In this document: positions 6,786 to 14,962 of the stretch, piece by piece
How the letters are laid out: the number at the start of each line of letters is the position of its first letter
How positions within the stretch are numbered: position 1 is the stretch's first letter
From: Microcoleaceae cyanobacterium
GTDB taxonomy: Bacteria > Cyanobacteriota > Cyanobacteriia > Cyanobacteriales > Microcoleaceae
Reading direction: 5' to 3'
DNA length: 15,377 nucleotides
NCBI GenBank assembly: GCA_051652765.1
Contig: JBOFUV010000093.1
Location: forward strand, 1-15,377
Made by a program: the position numbers and the translations under genes
Notes under the pieces: model-generated
What the model was told of the DNA's origin: nothing
Databases searched by the model: none
Seen by the model: only the letters and a program-made list of their open reading frames with translations

Positions 6786-9005
6786 CTAGGGTGTACGTTT
6801 TAACTGTTCGATTTGATATTGGGCATCCTTATAACCCCCCGTTAAGCCCTGTTCTAAATACAGTTCCCCCGCTTTTTGAAAGTCGCTAATGGCTCCGGCT
6901 TTGTCTCCTAGCTTGACGCGAACGGTGCCCCGACCGAAATAAGCGGCTGGATAATTGGGCTTGAGACGAATGGCCTGAACATAATCGTTAATAGCTTGGT
7001 CATAGTCTTGTAGCTCCATGTAAGCCCCAGCTCGATTGCTATAGGCTTCTGCATCATTGGGATTCAGTTCAATGGCTCTGGCATAGTCCGCGACCGCCTC
7101 GTCGTATTTTTCCAACTTTGAATAGGCTAACCCTCGATTGCCATAGGCTTTTTCATCATGAGCAGCAAGGGCAATGGCTTGGGTACAATCCGCAACCGCG
7201 TTATCGGGTTGGTTTGAGTTCAAATAAGCAACACAGCGGTTGTTGTAGGCAACGGCATTCGGCGCAAGTTCAATGGCTTTGGTACAGTCTGCGATCGCCC
7301 CTTGATGCTGAAACAGATTAATCTGAGTACTACATCGGTTACCGTAGGCTTCACCGTTATTGGGGTCGAGGTCAATCACCCGGTTGTAATCGGTCAAAGC
7401 CCCTTGATAATCCCCCAGATGGAACCGGGCCCGACCCCGATCATAATAGGCCGCAGAGTTCTCTGGGTCTAAGCGAATGGCTTCAGTGTAGTCTGCCATT
7501 CCCTGTTGCAATTCCCCCGCTTGAATACGAGCTGTTCCTCGAGCCTGGTAATTTAATCCATCTTGAGGCTGGATTCGAAGGGCTTCAGTGTGATCTTGAA
7601 TTGCGGCTGGGTATTGTCCCTGGGCCCGGTGAGCGAGTCCCCGTTGATAGTAAGCATCGGCATCTTGAGGCTGAAGCTGAATCGCCTGGGTGTAGTCCGC
7701 GATCGCCCCTAGCATATCCTTTGTATCTTGACGGGCCAAGCCCCGATTTAAGTAAGCATCTACCGAATTAGGGTTCAACTGAATCGCCTGGGTATAGTCC
7801 GCGATCGCTTGATTATGTTGACCCAAATCATAGTGAGCATTCCCCCGTTGTTGAAACGCTTCGGCATTGTTTGGATCAAGTTTGATGGCGCGGTTGAGGG
7901 ACTTGAGTGCAGTTTCAGCTTCTCCAGCTTGCAGCTTTTCCCGGCCTTGGTTGAGGGCAACTTCAGCTTTTTCAGAACTCGGACGGCTGATCACCTGAAT
8001 CAGACCCAACATCACTAAAAATCCTAACAGTCCAGCCCCAGCCAGCCTAAAGGTTTTATTCTCAGCCCAGGATCGCATAGATTCAACAGCATCCCGCCAA
8101 GCGGTTAAGGGAGGGGGGGATCTGCGGGACTTCTGGGGAGAAGTGTATCTAAAGTCTGAACGTCCAGTTAGTTCTCTAAGAGCATCAACGACCTCTAGAG
8201 CTGACTGATAGCGCTGCCCATAATAATGATGGGTCATGCAGTCAATGATCTCAGACAGTCCTGAGCTGACTTTGGATCGATCATGCCAGGTGATTTCTCC
8301 GGCTTTAGCAAGATGGGGATGTTGCAGTTTTGGCAGGTCAGCAGCAACTAACCCGGTCAACGCTTGAATCCCGATGATACCTGTTGCATAGATGTCGCTG
8401 CTAAACTGAGGATTGCCCTGAAATTGTTCAATTGGCATGTAGGTTGGGGTTCCGGTTGCAATCGTACGAACTGCCTGTCCATTCCCATTGGCAAATTGAT
8501 TGCTCACCTCCTTTACAGACCCAAAATCAACTAAAACCAACTTTCCATCGGATTTTCGCCGAATCAGATTAGAGGGATTAATGTCTCGATGAATCACCCC
8601 TTGCTCATGAACGAATACTAGAATTTCTAAGATGTCCTCTAGGAGTGCTATCGCTTGTGATTCAGACCAAGGGCTACCTGAGATTAATTCTTTGCCGAGA
8701 GAGTGGCCTTCGATAAATTCTTCAACTAAATAAAAATTGTCACTTTCTTTAAAGTAGGCCAGTAGCCGAGGGATTTGGTCATGTTGTCCCAGCTTTTCTA
8801 AAATCTCTGCTTCTTTTTCAAACAGTCTCAGGGCTGTTTTTAGAATGTTAGGGTTATTATTGGGAGGACGGAGTTGCTTGACAACACATTGGGGATGTCC
8901 CGGACGACGGGTATCAGCCGCGAGGTAAGTTTGTCCAAAGGCACCAGAGCCAAGAATTTGAACAATCCGATATCGTCTGTCTAAGAGTTGGCCAATGATT
9001 GACAT
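6786..9005 (-). CDS. Hanks-type Ser/Thr protein kinase with one TM helix and ~11 C-terminal TPR repeats
   Basis: Kinase motifs LGSGAFGQTY, CVVK, IHRDINPSN, DFG, GTPTYMPIE and SDIY. TM segment LAGAGLLGFLVMLGLIQVI, then 34-aa TPRs (AY.NRG...AIADY..AI.L.P). Start is probably ATG 9005 (MSIIGQLLDRRY); the ORF extends to 9068. Confidence 0.92.
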   Translation of the reverse strand: MSIIGQLLDRRYRIVQILGSGAFGQTYLAADTRRPGHPQCVVKQLRPPNNNPNILKTALRLFEKEAEILEKLGQHDQIPRLLAYFKESDNFYLVEEFIEGHSLGKELISGSPWSESQAIALLEDILEILVFVHEQGVIHRDINPSNLIRRKSDGKLVLVDFGSVKEVSNQFANGNGQAVRTIATGTPTYMPIEQFQGNPQFSSDIYATGIIGIQALTGLVAADLPKLQHPHLAKAGEITWHDRSKVSSGLSEIIDCMTHHYYGQRYQSALEVVDALRELTGRSDFRYTSPQKSRRSPPPLTAWRDAVESMRSWAENKTFRLAGAGLLGFLVMLGLIQVISRPSSEKAEVALNQGREKLQAGEAETALKSLNRAIKLDPNNAEAFQQRGNAHYDLGQHNQAIADYTQAIQLNPNSVDAYLNRGLARQDTKDMLGAIADYTQAIQLQPQDADAYYQRGLAHRAQGQYPAAIQDHTEALRIQPQDGLNYQARGTARIQAGELQQGMADYTEAIRLDPENSAAYYDRGRARFHLGDYQGALTDYNRVIDLDPNNGEAYGNRCSTQINLFQHQGAIADCTKAIELAPNAVAYNNRCVAYLNSNQPDNAVADCTQAIALAAHDEKAYGNRGLAYSKLEKYDEAVADYARAIELNPNDAEAYSNRAGAYMELQDYDQAINDYVQAIRLKPNYPAAYFGRGTVRVKLGDKAGAISDFQKAGELYLEQGLTGGYKDAQYQIEQLKRTP

Positions 9006-9321
9006 GGAAGCATCAGGCGGGGGACTCAGCAAATGGACACTCACGTCAGGCAAGTCCAATACGTCCATTTTGGCACAGATTCGAGATGGATTGAGGAGAA
9101 CGTGCAGTTAACGGCCAGCCCCTTGAACTCTACAGTGGTTACCCCTGGGAATTGCAAACTACAGCATATCCCCACATGGAATCCGATTAAGCGGCGAATC
9201 ACATTTTTTATCGCATTTTTTTATGGGGTTGCCCTGGGAACCTAGGACGATGAAGGTACGGCAATGCGAAACTCTGCAACAATAGTAGAGTCTCCGTTTT
9301 GGAGGTCTAAAAAGGTCGGGC

Positions 9322-9357
9322 TAAGAGTTGTTTTAAGAGTTGTTTTAAGAGTTGTTT
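9322..9357 (+). repeat. 3 x 12-bp perfect tandem repeat TAAGAGTTGTTT in the plsY leader
   Basis: Units at 9322, 9334 and 9346, directly before an SD-like GAGGTGG and ATG 9379. Confidence 0.9.
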
Positions 9358-9378
9358 TGAGGTGGACGGTTTTAAATC

Positions 9379-10113
9379 ATGGCGTACTGGTTTTTATTGA
9401 ACGGTGGGTTGTTAATAACCGCTTACTTCTTGGGCGCTTTAGCTCCAGGTTTCTGGATTGCAAAAGGATTTTATGGCATTGATCTGCGAGAACAGGGTTC
9501 AGGATCTACGGGGTCAACCAACGTCTTAAGAAATTGCGGTAAGGTTCCGGCTCTGATTGTTCTTGCCATCGACCTCTTGAAGGGAACCGGAGCAGTTGCC
9601 TTGGTTGCTTGGATTTATTCCTTAGCCTTCACCCAAACCCTGGCAACTGCAACTCCTGTTTATAACTTACAAATTTATAACTTACAAATTTATAACTTAC
9701 AAATTTATAACTTACAAATTTATAACTTACAAACTTGGGCAGATTGGATGGCAGTTTCTGCGGCATTGATCGCGTTAATTGGTCATACCAAATCTGTTTG
9801 GATCAACTTTAAAGGGGGTAAAGCCGTCGCCACTGGACTGGGGGTTTTATTCGGTTTAAATTGGACTCTTGCCCTGGCAACTGCAGGAATTTTTTTACTC
9901 TCTCTGGGGATTTCTCGCATTGTTTCCCTCAGTTCATTGGCAGGAGCTTTGGGCATTTCAATGCTCATGATTCTCACAAAACAACCCTTGCCCTATCAGA
10001 TTTTTGCTGCTGTTGCAGCGATTTATATTTTCTGGCTGCACAAGGGCAACATTGAGCGTTTACTCAAAGGAACCGAACCCCAAATCGGTCAGAAATTGCA
10101 GAGCGAATCTTGA
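9379..10113 (+). CDS. plsY: Glycerol-3-phosphate acyltransferase PlsY (acyl-phosphate dependent)
   Basis: Motifs AYFLGA, GIDLREQGSGSTGSTNVLR, DLLKG, IGHTKS..FKGGKAVATGLG, VSLSS and H.GNIERLLKGTEP, with multiple TM helices. Confidence 0.95.
   Translation: MAYWFLLNGGLLITAYFLGALAPGFWIAKGFYGIDLREQGSGSTGSTNVLRNCGKVPALIVLAIDLLKGTGAVALVAWIYSLAFTQTLATATPVYNLQIYNLQIYNLQIYNLQIYNLQTWADWMAVSAALIALIGHTKSVWINFKGGKAVATGLGVLFGLNWTLALATAGIFLLSLGISRIVSLSSLAGALGISMLMILTKQPLPYQIFAAVAAIYIFWLHKGNIERLLKGTEPQIGQKLQSES
9659..9733 (+). repeat. 5 x 15-bp perfect in-frame tandem repeat TTTATAACTTACAAA (YNLQI) inside plsY
   Basis: Units start at 9659, 9674, 9689, 9704 and 9719. Confidence 0.97.
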
Positions 10114-10136
10114 AACATCTGGAAAGTCAGAATTCA

Positions 10137-10157
10137 GCGAAGGCAGCTTCGCCTTTT
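10137..10157 (+). terminator. Probable intrinsic terminator after plsY
   Basis: Stem-loop GCGAAG-GCAG-CTTCGC followed by CTTTT, 24 nt after the plsY stop and between convergent genes. Flanking GAATTCA/TGAATTC could extend the stem. Confidence 0.6.
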
Positions 10158-10270
10158 GAATTCCAGCAGGTAGAATTGCTAACAGATTACTGTCTCAATT
10201 ATGAGAACTGATTTAGCAACTGATGAGGAGATCGAGTGGGGCTTGCCTGGATGGCGAGTGATTCAGTCTC

Positions 10271-11047
10271 TCAAAGGTCGTCTGGGTTGATGCCCATTGC
10301 CTGTAGTCGTTCTGCCAATCGGCGCGCCTTTGCTTCTGCATAATCTGCGCGTTCTGCTCCGGTTGGGATCACCTGCCCCGCTTGGTCGCACCATCGCAGC
10401 CATGGTCGGGTCACGTCTTCCTCAAATTGCCCTTCCCATAGCGTTAGGCCAAGCCTAAGTGCATTCAGCCAGACCGCCTGCCCGATGGTGGTAATTCCTT
10501 GGGGTGGCGTGAGTTCGGTGTATCCGTCGGGTGAAATCGACCAGACTCGCAGCAGGGCATTGCCCATTTCGTCTTGGCTTTGAATTTGCTGGAGTGGCTC
10601 AAACACAACGTAGTAGCGGACACCAATCTGGGCATAGATCTCTTTTTTGGCGATTGCTTTTCCCTTCTGGCGGGATTTTTGGCTCAGCTTCAACTCGTCG
10701 CCTTCTTGATTTGAGACGATTTCGATGCAAACTTCAGGAGCTTTGCCAAATTCCCAGACAAAGTAGGAGCGATTTCGACGCTGGGAGAAGTCTTCGGCGC
10801 GCTGCACGCCTAGGCTAAGCAGCATATCTGGAACGATTGGCTCGCCTTTGAGCTTGTAGAACAGCCCAACGTTGGCAGCCGCCAAAAAGGGAGCTGCCAA
10901 GGCTTTAGAACTATAGAGGGGTTCGACTAACAGCCGTTGTTGGACTTCGGATTGAAAATTGTCCACGGGGGTATCGTCCTCAATGACCAGATGGCTGATG
11001 TCTAGCTCATTAACAATTTCTTCGTCATTGAGAAGTTGCTGCGTCAT
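10271..11047 (-). CDS. Uma2 (DUF820) family putative endonuclease with a C-terminal coiled-coil tail
   Basis: Motifs EDDTPVDN, VPDMLL, YFVWEFGKAPEVCIEIVS, YAQIGVRYYVVFEP, LGLTLWEG and WLRWCD, ending AERA...ARRLAERLQAMGINPDDL. Confidence 0.92.
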   Translation of the reverse strand: MTQQLLNDEEIVNELDISHLVIEDDTPVDNFQSEVQQRLLVEPLYSSKALAAPFLAAANVGLFYKLKGEPIVPDMLLSLGVQRAEDFSQRRNRSYFVWEFGKAPEVCIEIVSNQEGDELKLSQKSRQKGKAIAKKEIYAQIGVRYYVVFEPLQQIQSQDEMGNALLRVWSISPDGYTELTPPQGITTIGQAVWLNALRLGLTLWEGQFEEDVTRPWLRWCDQAGQVIPTGAERADYAEAKARRLAERLQAMGINPDDL

Positions 11048-11087
11048 GGACAGTTGCCTTCTTGAATGGCCAAGCTCGATAGCTTTA

Positions 11088-11193
11088 TTATACTAGCCGC
11101 ATTTTTCCAGTCAGCATTGGTAGCTTGGGTTTTGGCAAGGCGAGATTCTAAAGCGGCGATTTCGGTATCCATGTTGGAGAAGACGGTGACGAT
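11088..11193 (-). pseudogene. hsdS: C-terminal remnant of a type I restriction-modification specificity subunit (HsdS)
   Basis: One frame reads IVTVFSNMDTEIAALESRLAKTQA; after a frameshift the sequence reads MLTGKMRLV-stop (TAA at 11088-11090). This matches the common HsdS end IATVLSDMDAEIAALE..LAKT.AIKQGMMQ.LLTGK.RLV* with the IKQGMMQ part missing. Confidence 0.75.
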
Positions 11194-11256
11194 CAGATCA
11201 GGCAAGTCCTTAACAGAATTGAATACTTCTGGAACTACAGCACTCTTATGGGAATA

Positions 11257-11298
11257 TAACTGTTGGAAAATGACTGTTGGAAGATAACTGTTGGAATA
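11257..11298. repeat. 3 x 14-bp imperfect tandem repeat TrACTGTTGGAAnA
   Basis: TAACTGTTGGAAAA (11257), TGACTGTTGGAAGA (11271) and TAACTGTTGGAATA (11285). Confidence 0.85.
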
Positions 11299-11555
11299 CA
11301 ACAATATTCAGCATAGAGGTCTCAATTGTCTCAAGGGAGAAGATTACCCGGCAACCTGTGGCTATTTACAGTTTAAATTTACCGGAATACAGCACAAACT
11401 GATTTACTTCCCGCTACACTTCCTGTCCTAGACCCAAGTGAGTGGACTTTATCCAGCAAAAATATAGCTTTACAAGCTTCAAAAAAAATTGAGATTCTTA
11501 TCCTTGGGACATTGCAGCCTGCTAAGATTTGTTTCAGTGTTGTGAGGAGTGAATC

Positions 11556-13844
11556 ATGGGTTGGATGCGATATGTTGCTGTAGCCCTAGTTAATGCTGTG
11601 GGTGCTGTTGTTGGAATTATTCTGATTCCCTCGCCACCAGTTGTCCTAGCCCAGCCTGTTCCTGAGAGCTTGGACGCTGAACCCAGCATCGCAACTCCTG
11701 TTGAGAATCCCGTTGAAACCCCCAACGATTCCTTAGGCACGATTCCCTTTTCATCCTCTACATTTTTGGCCATAGAGTCCTCCCAGACTCAACCGCAATC
11801 GATGGCTGAGCTGTATCAGTTGCGCGATCGCCTCAATGCCACCCTCATACAACTCTCCCAAGTAGAACTCTCCCAAACAGAGTCAGCAGCTTCAGTCCCT
11901 TGGCAATCGGAACTTCGGCAACAGCAGTACAATACCTTGCAAGACACCCTACGCCAAATTGAGGCTCGGATTCCGGTGGAGGAAAAAGCAAATCAGACCT
12001 GGCAACAAGCATTACAAATCGCAGATCAGGCCGTTCTAGCGGGAGATCAGAACGTTGCCGAATGGGACAAAGCCAAAAGACTCTGGCTAGAGGCGATCGC
12101 CACCCTGCGCCAGATTCCTCCCAAGAGCTTTCGGGCTCAAGCCGCCATTGAGAAAATCATTGAATATCAGGGGTACTTGGCGATTACCACCTACCAACAG
12201 GCAGTAGCCCAGCAGGAGGCAGCTAGACAGCCCGCCCCTGAACCCCCAAAAAACACTGCTCCCAAGGTCATTGCCCCGACCACTCCAGGGTTCGAACTGC
12301 ACGGGGATGTGAATCGAGATGGGGCAATCAACAAAGCGGACGAGATCCAACCTCAGCAATGGTCAGTGGCATCAGGCCCCCTGATGCTGTTTAACAATGA
12401 TGATGACGACCGGGATGCCCTCCCGGACTGGCGGGATCAGGTGATCAATGGCCAATATGATGCCGAAGATCTGGCTCCGATTCATTTCAAGGTTTCTGAA
12501 AAGTATGTCGGCTCTGATCTGTTGATCTCAGTCGATGAAAAAGCTCGCGACAAGATTAACCTCTTTCAAAAAACCGAGACGGGTTGGCAACCTGTGGACT
12601 TGACCGGACAAAGGTCGTTAGTCTTCAGTCGCAATATTATCTTGGGAATCGAGGCAAAGCAGTTTGCAACGGGTCAGTGGGATGGTTTGGCCACCCTGAA
12701 AGTCATAGCCCGCCGAGGAAATCAAGACCTAGCTACAGCAGCTTTACAGCTTGGGGTGGCTCCGTGGATGATGTCTCCCCAAACTGCTCCGGTTTCTGAA
12801 CTGCACATCAGCGATCGCGGCAGCAATCAGGCCGTGATGACCCAAGTTCAAACCGAGACCGAATCTGTTGGGGTCAAAACCAAAGTTACTTCTGGAGGAA
12901 CAGCTTGGATGCAAGAAACAGCCGAAATGGGTTACGTGCAATTTCCTGGCCTAGGACAACTCAAGCATTATCCTGTTGCCTTAGAGGGTCAGCCAGAGAA
13001 ACCAGGGAAGAGTTACGCCAAGTCCCTGCTAGGCCGAGATCAGGGATGGTTTGAACTCGGTCAAGCCCGTCAACTTGATCCGTTGAACCAGGCTCTAGAC
13101 TCCTATAGCAATCTGGGGGTGACCCCAGCCCTTCCGGGTTATCCCATGGGTCGAATTTACTACGGCAAAGCCGATGGGGAGACCTTGAATCCTGAGGTCG
13201 TTGATTTTCTCAAGGCCCAGAACGTTCAAGGGCCTCCCGTAGAAATTGACACGTCTTGGCTGTTGATGCGTCATGTGGATGAGATTATCAGGTTTGTACC
13301 AAGCCAGACAGGGGAGACTCTGATGTTGGTAGTCAGTCCTGAAGATGGGGTTGGATTGCTGGCAGAACTGGCCAGCAGAGGCTACGGAGGCAGTGAACTG
13401 AATCGGGGGCTCAGTACTCAGACAACGATTCAAGTTGCCTTGAATAATCGTTTGTTGATTCAGCATAATCTCAACCTCCAACAGGAACAGATTGATCCCT
13501 TAGTGAAAAAGCTGAAGCGAGAATTCCGTCTGAATGATGACCAAGTTATTCGCGTGCCGATGCTGTTTGGCTATACGGGTTATGCCTGGTGGCCGAACCT
13601 AGTGAATGCGGTTTACGTCAATCGCAAGCTTTTGTCTTCAAATCCCAGAGGGCCACTGATTGACGGCCTAGACTATACCCAGGAAGAATTCAAGCGACGC
13701 TTAGCCATTGCTGGACTTGAGATTACATTTCTGGATGATGATTACTATCAAGAATTGAAAGGAAATATTCAGACTGGAACCAATGCCATTCGGAAACCTG
13801 CGGAACAGCCGTTCTGGGAAGATCTGCCCGCAGGAACGAGATAA
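11556..13844 (+). CDS. Protein-arginine deiminase (PAD)-family protein with predicted signal peptide and helical N-terminal extension; catalytic residues degenerate
   Basis: RBS GAGGAG at 11544-11549. PAD motifs appear in order: GDVNRDG, GPLMLFNNDDDD, VAPWMMSP, WMQE..EMGY, LDSYSNL.VTP, YPMGRIYYG, FLKAQNVQGP.VEIDTSWL..HVDE, WPNLVN and G...GTN.IRKP..FW. Confidence 0.85.
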   Translation: MGWMRYVAVALVNAVGAVVGIILIPSPPVVLAQPVPESLDAEPSIATPVENPVETPNDSLGTIPFSSSTFLAIESSQTQPQSMAELYQLRDRLNATLIQLSQVELSQTESAASVPWQSELRQQQYNTLQDTLRQIEARIPVEEKANQTWQQALQIADQAVLAGDQNVAEWDKAKRLWLEAIATLRQIPPKSFRAQAAIEKIIEYQGYLAITTYQQAVAQQEAARQPAPEPPKNTAPKVIAPTTPGFELHGDVNRDGAINKADEIQPQQWSVASGPLMLFNNDDDDRDALPDWRDQVINGQYDAEDLAPIHFKVSEKYVGSDLLISVDEKARDKINLFQKTETGWQPVDLTGQRSLVFSRNIILGIEAKQFATGQWDGLATLKVIARRGNQDLATAALQLGVAPWMMSPQTAPVSELHISDRGSNQAVMTQVQTETESVGVKTKVTSGGTAWMQETAEMGYVQFPGLGQLKHYPVALEGQPEKPGKSYAKSLLGRDQGWFELGQARQLDPLNQALDSYSNLGVTPALPGYPMGRIYYGKADGETLNPEVVDFLKAQNVQGPPVEIDTSWLLMRHVDEIIRFVPSQTGETLMLVVSPEDGVGLLAELASRGYGGSELNRGLSTQTTIQVALNNRLLIQHNLNLQQEQIDPLVKKLKREFRLNDDQVIRVPMLFGYTGYAWWPNLVNAVYVNRKLLSSNPRGPLIDGLDYTQEEFKRRLAIAGLEITFLDDDYYQELKGNIQTGTNAIRKPAEQPFWEDLPAGTR

Positions 13845-13903
13845 AGGGAATTCTGTGCATTCATCCCCTTGCCTCCTGAGAAGGGAAGACATCCAGGAAC
13901 TGG

Positions 13904-14641
13904 CTAGGAACGCTGAAAGTAGAAATAGGTAGCCATGGGAGCAACTGTGGCAACGATCAGGACGACAACAACGATCACTGTAGCGCTGCGATCGTCCGTA
14001 TCTTCCGCAGATCTGAATGTGCTCTCGACTTGGATGTTTTCTGTGATCTGGGGTGCGCCTGGATCAGGCTGTCCAGAAAGAACAGCGAACAGGCGATCGC
14101 TGGCCGATAAAAAAGCTTCGTTATACTTGCCTTCTTTCAGGGACACTTGCAAGGTTTCATTGGTGACACTTTGAGCAATTTCCTCAGATAGCAACGTTTG
14201 CGTGCGCTCCCCGGCATGAATTGCGCTGTTGTTGGTTTGGGTATCTAGCACCAGAACAATTTCATTAGCGCCCGCCTCGGGGGTAGGGAACCATTTTTCA
14301 AACAACTTGTCCGCAAAGCTTTGGGCTGTTTCTCCATAGTCCAACCGCCGAACGGTTACCAAACGAACTCCATACCCAGCTTCATCGGCTAACTGAGACA
14401 GATTTTTTGTAATGCGGCCTTCGGTGCTGCGACTGAGAACTTCTTCGGTATCAAAAATCCAGGTGTGATCGCCCGCCAGCAATTCGGGCATTTGGTAAAT
14501 TCCTGTAGCCCAAGCTGGAACAGCACCCCAGGTCATCATTAGCAAGATCAACAACGGCAGCAGCAAACGGTATAGCCGCTGCTGTCCATGCAAGAGTTGA
14601 CCTAGGGCGATCTGGGCGAGAGAGGTAAGGGTGAGTTTCAT
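13904..14641 (-). CDS. psb32: Photosystem II repair protein Psb32 (TPM/TLP18.3 domain)
   Basis: Signal-like hydrophobic segment ending AVPAWA|TG, motifs VRRLDYGETAQSFADKLFEKWFP, LAVLSG-like FAVLSGQPDPG and DDRSAT, and a C-terminal TM helix (VIVVVVLIVATVAPMATYF). The start at ATG 14641 (MKLT) is preferred over 14686. Confidence 0.85.
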   Translation of the reverse strand: MKLTLTSLAQIALGQLLHGQQRLYRLLLPLLILLMMTWGAVPAWATGIYQMPELLAGDHTWIFDTEEVLSRSTEGRITKNLSQLADEAGYGVRLVTVRRLDYGETAQSFADKLFEKWFPTPEAGANEIVLVLDTQTNNSAIHAGERTQTLLSEEIAQSVTNETLQVSLKEGKYNEAFLSASDRLFAVLSGQPDPGAPQITENIQVESTFRSAEDTDDRSATVIVVVVLIVATVAPMATYFYFQRS

Positions 14642-14962
14642 GAGGACTAAATAATAGGATGAATAACTTGATTCAACCTTAACCATACAAAATAACTGTA
14701 CCGTTGAGTTCCTCTGCTTTGGAACTTGATCCTGCCCTAGCTTAATGCTGCGATCAGGGGGTTACCTTGACCTAGACCCAGGTTTGACGATCAGAAACTC
14801 GCCGGTTAAAGCCGTTAACCTAGTATGACTCGCTTGAGTTCTAGGGGATCAATCCAGATGAATTCTCTTGTTTCCCAGTCCATCAATGCTGTTATCCTTG
14901 TAGACTAATACTGTTAATGCCTTGAACTTAAGCTTTTATCTGAACCTTCACTATTCTGAGCT

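Noticed and set aside
9264..9482. 72-aa ORF with RVVL repeats
   Set aside because: It results from the 12-bp repeat and overlaps plsY out of frame.
11044..11304. 86-aa ORF as a functional gene
   Set aside because: It is a chimera of a 14-bp repeat tract and a frameshifted HsdS fragment, so it is reported as a pseudogene remnant instead.
74..13844. A single multi-gene novel system linking Uma2, RTX, kinase and PAD genes
   Set aside because: The genes alternate in orientation and are interleaved with housekeeping genes (bciB, plsY), and nothing in the sequence supports an operon.
13845..13890. Terminator between the PAD gene and psb32
   Set aside because: Only weak imperfect pairing (AAGGGA/TCCCCTT) and no clear U-tract.
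11428..14780. CTAGACCCA shared at ~11428 and ~14772 as possible att or direct-repeat boundaries
   Set aside because: The match is only about 10 bp, it would enclose the core gene psb32, and no integrase is present, so chance is likely.
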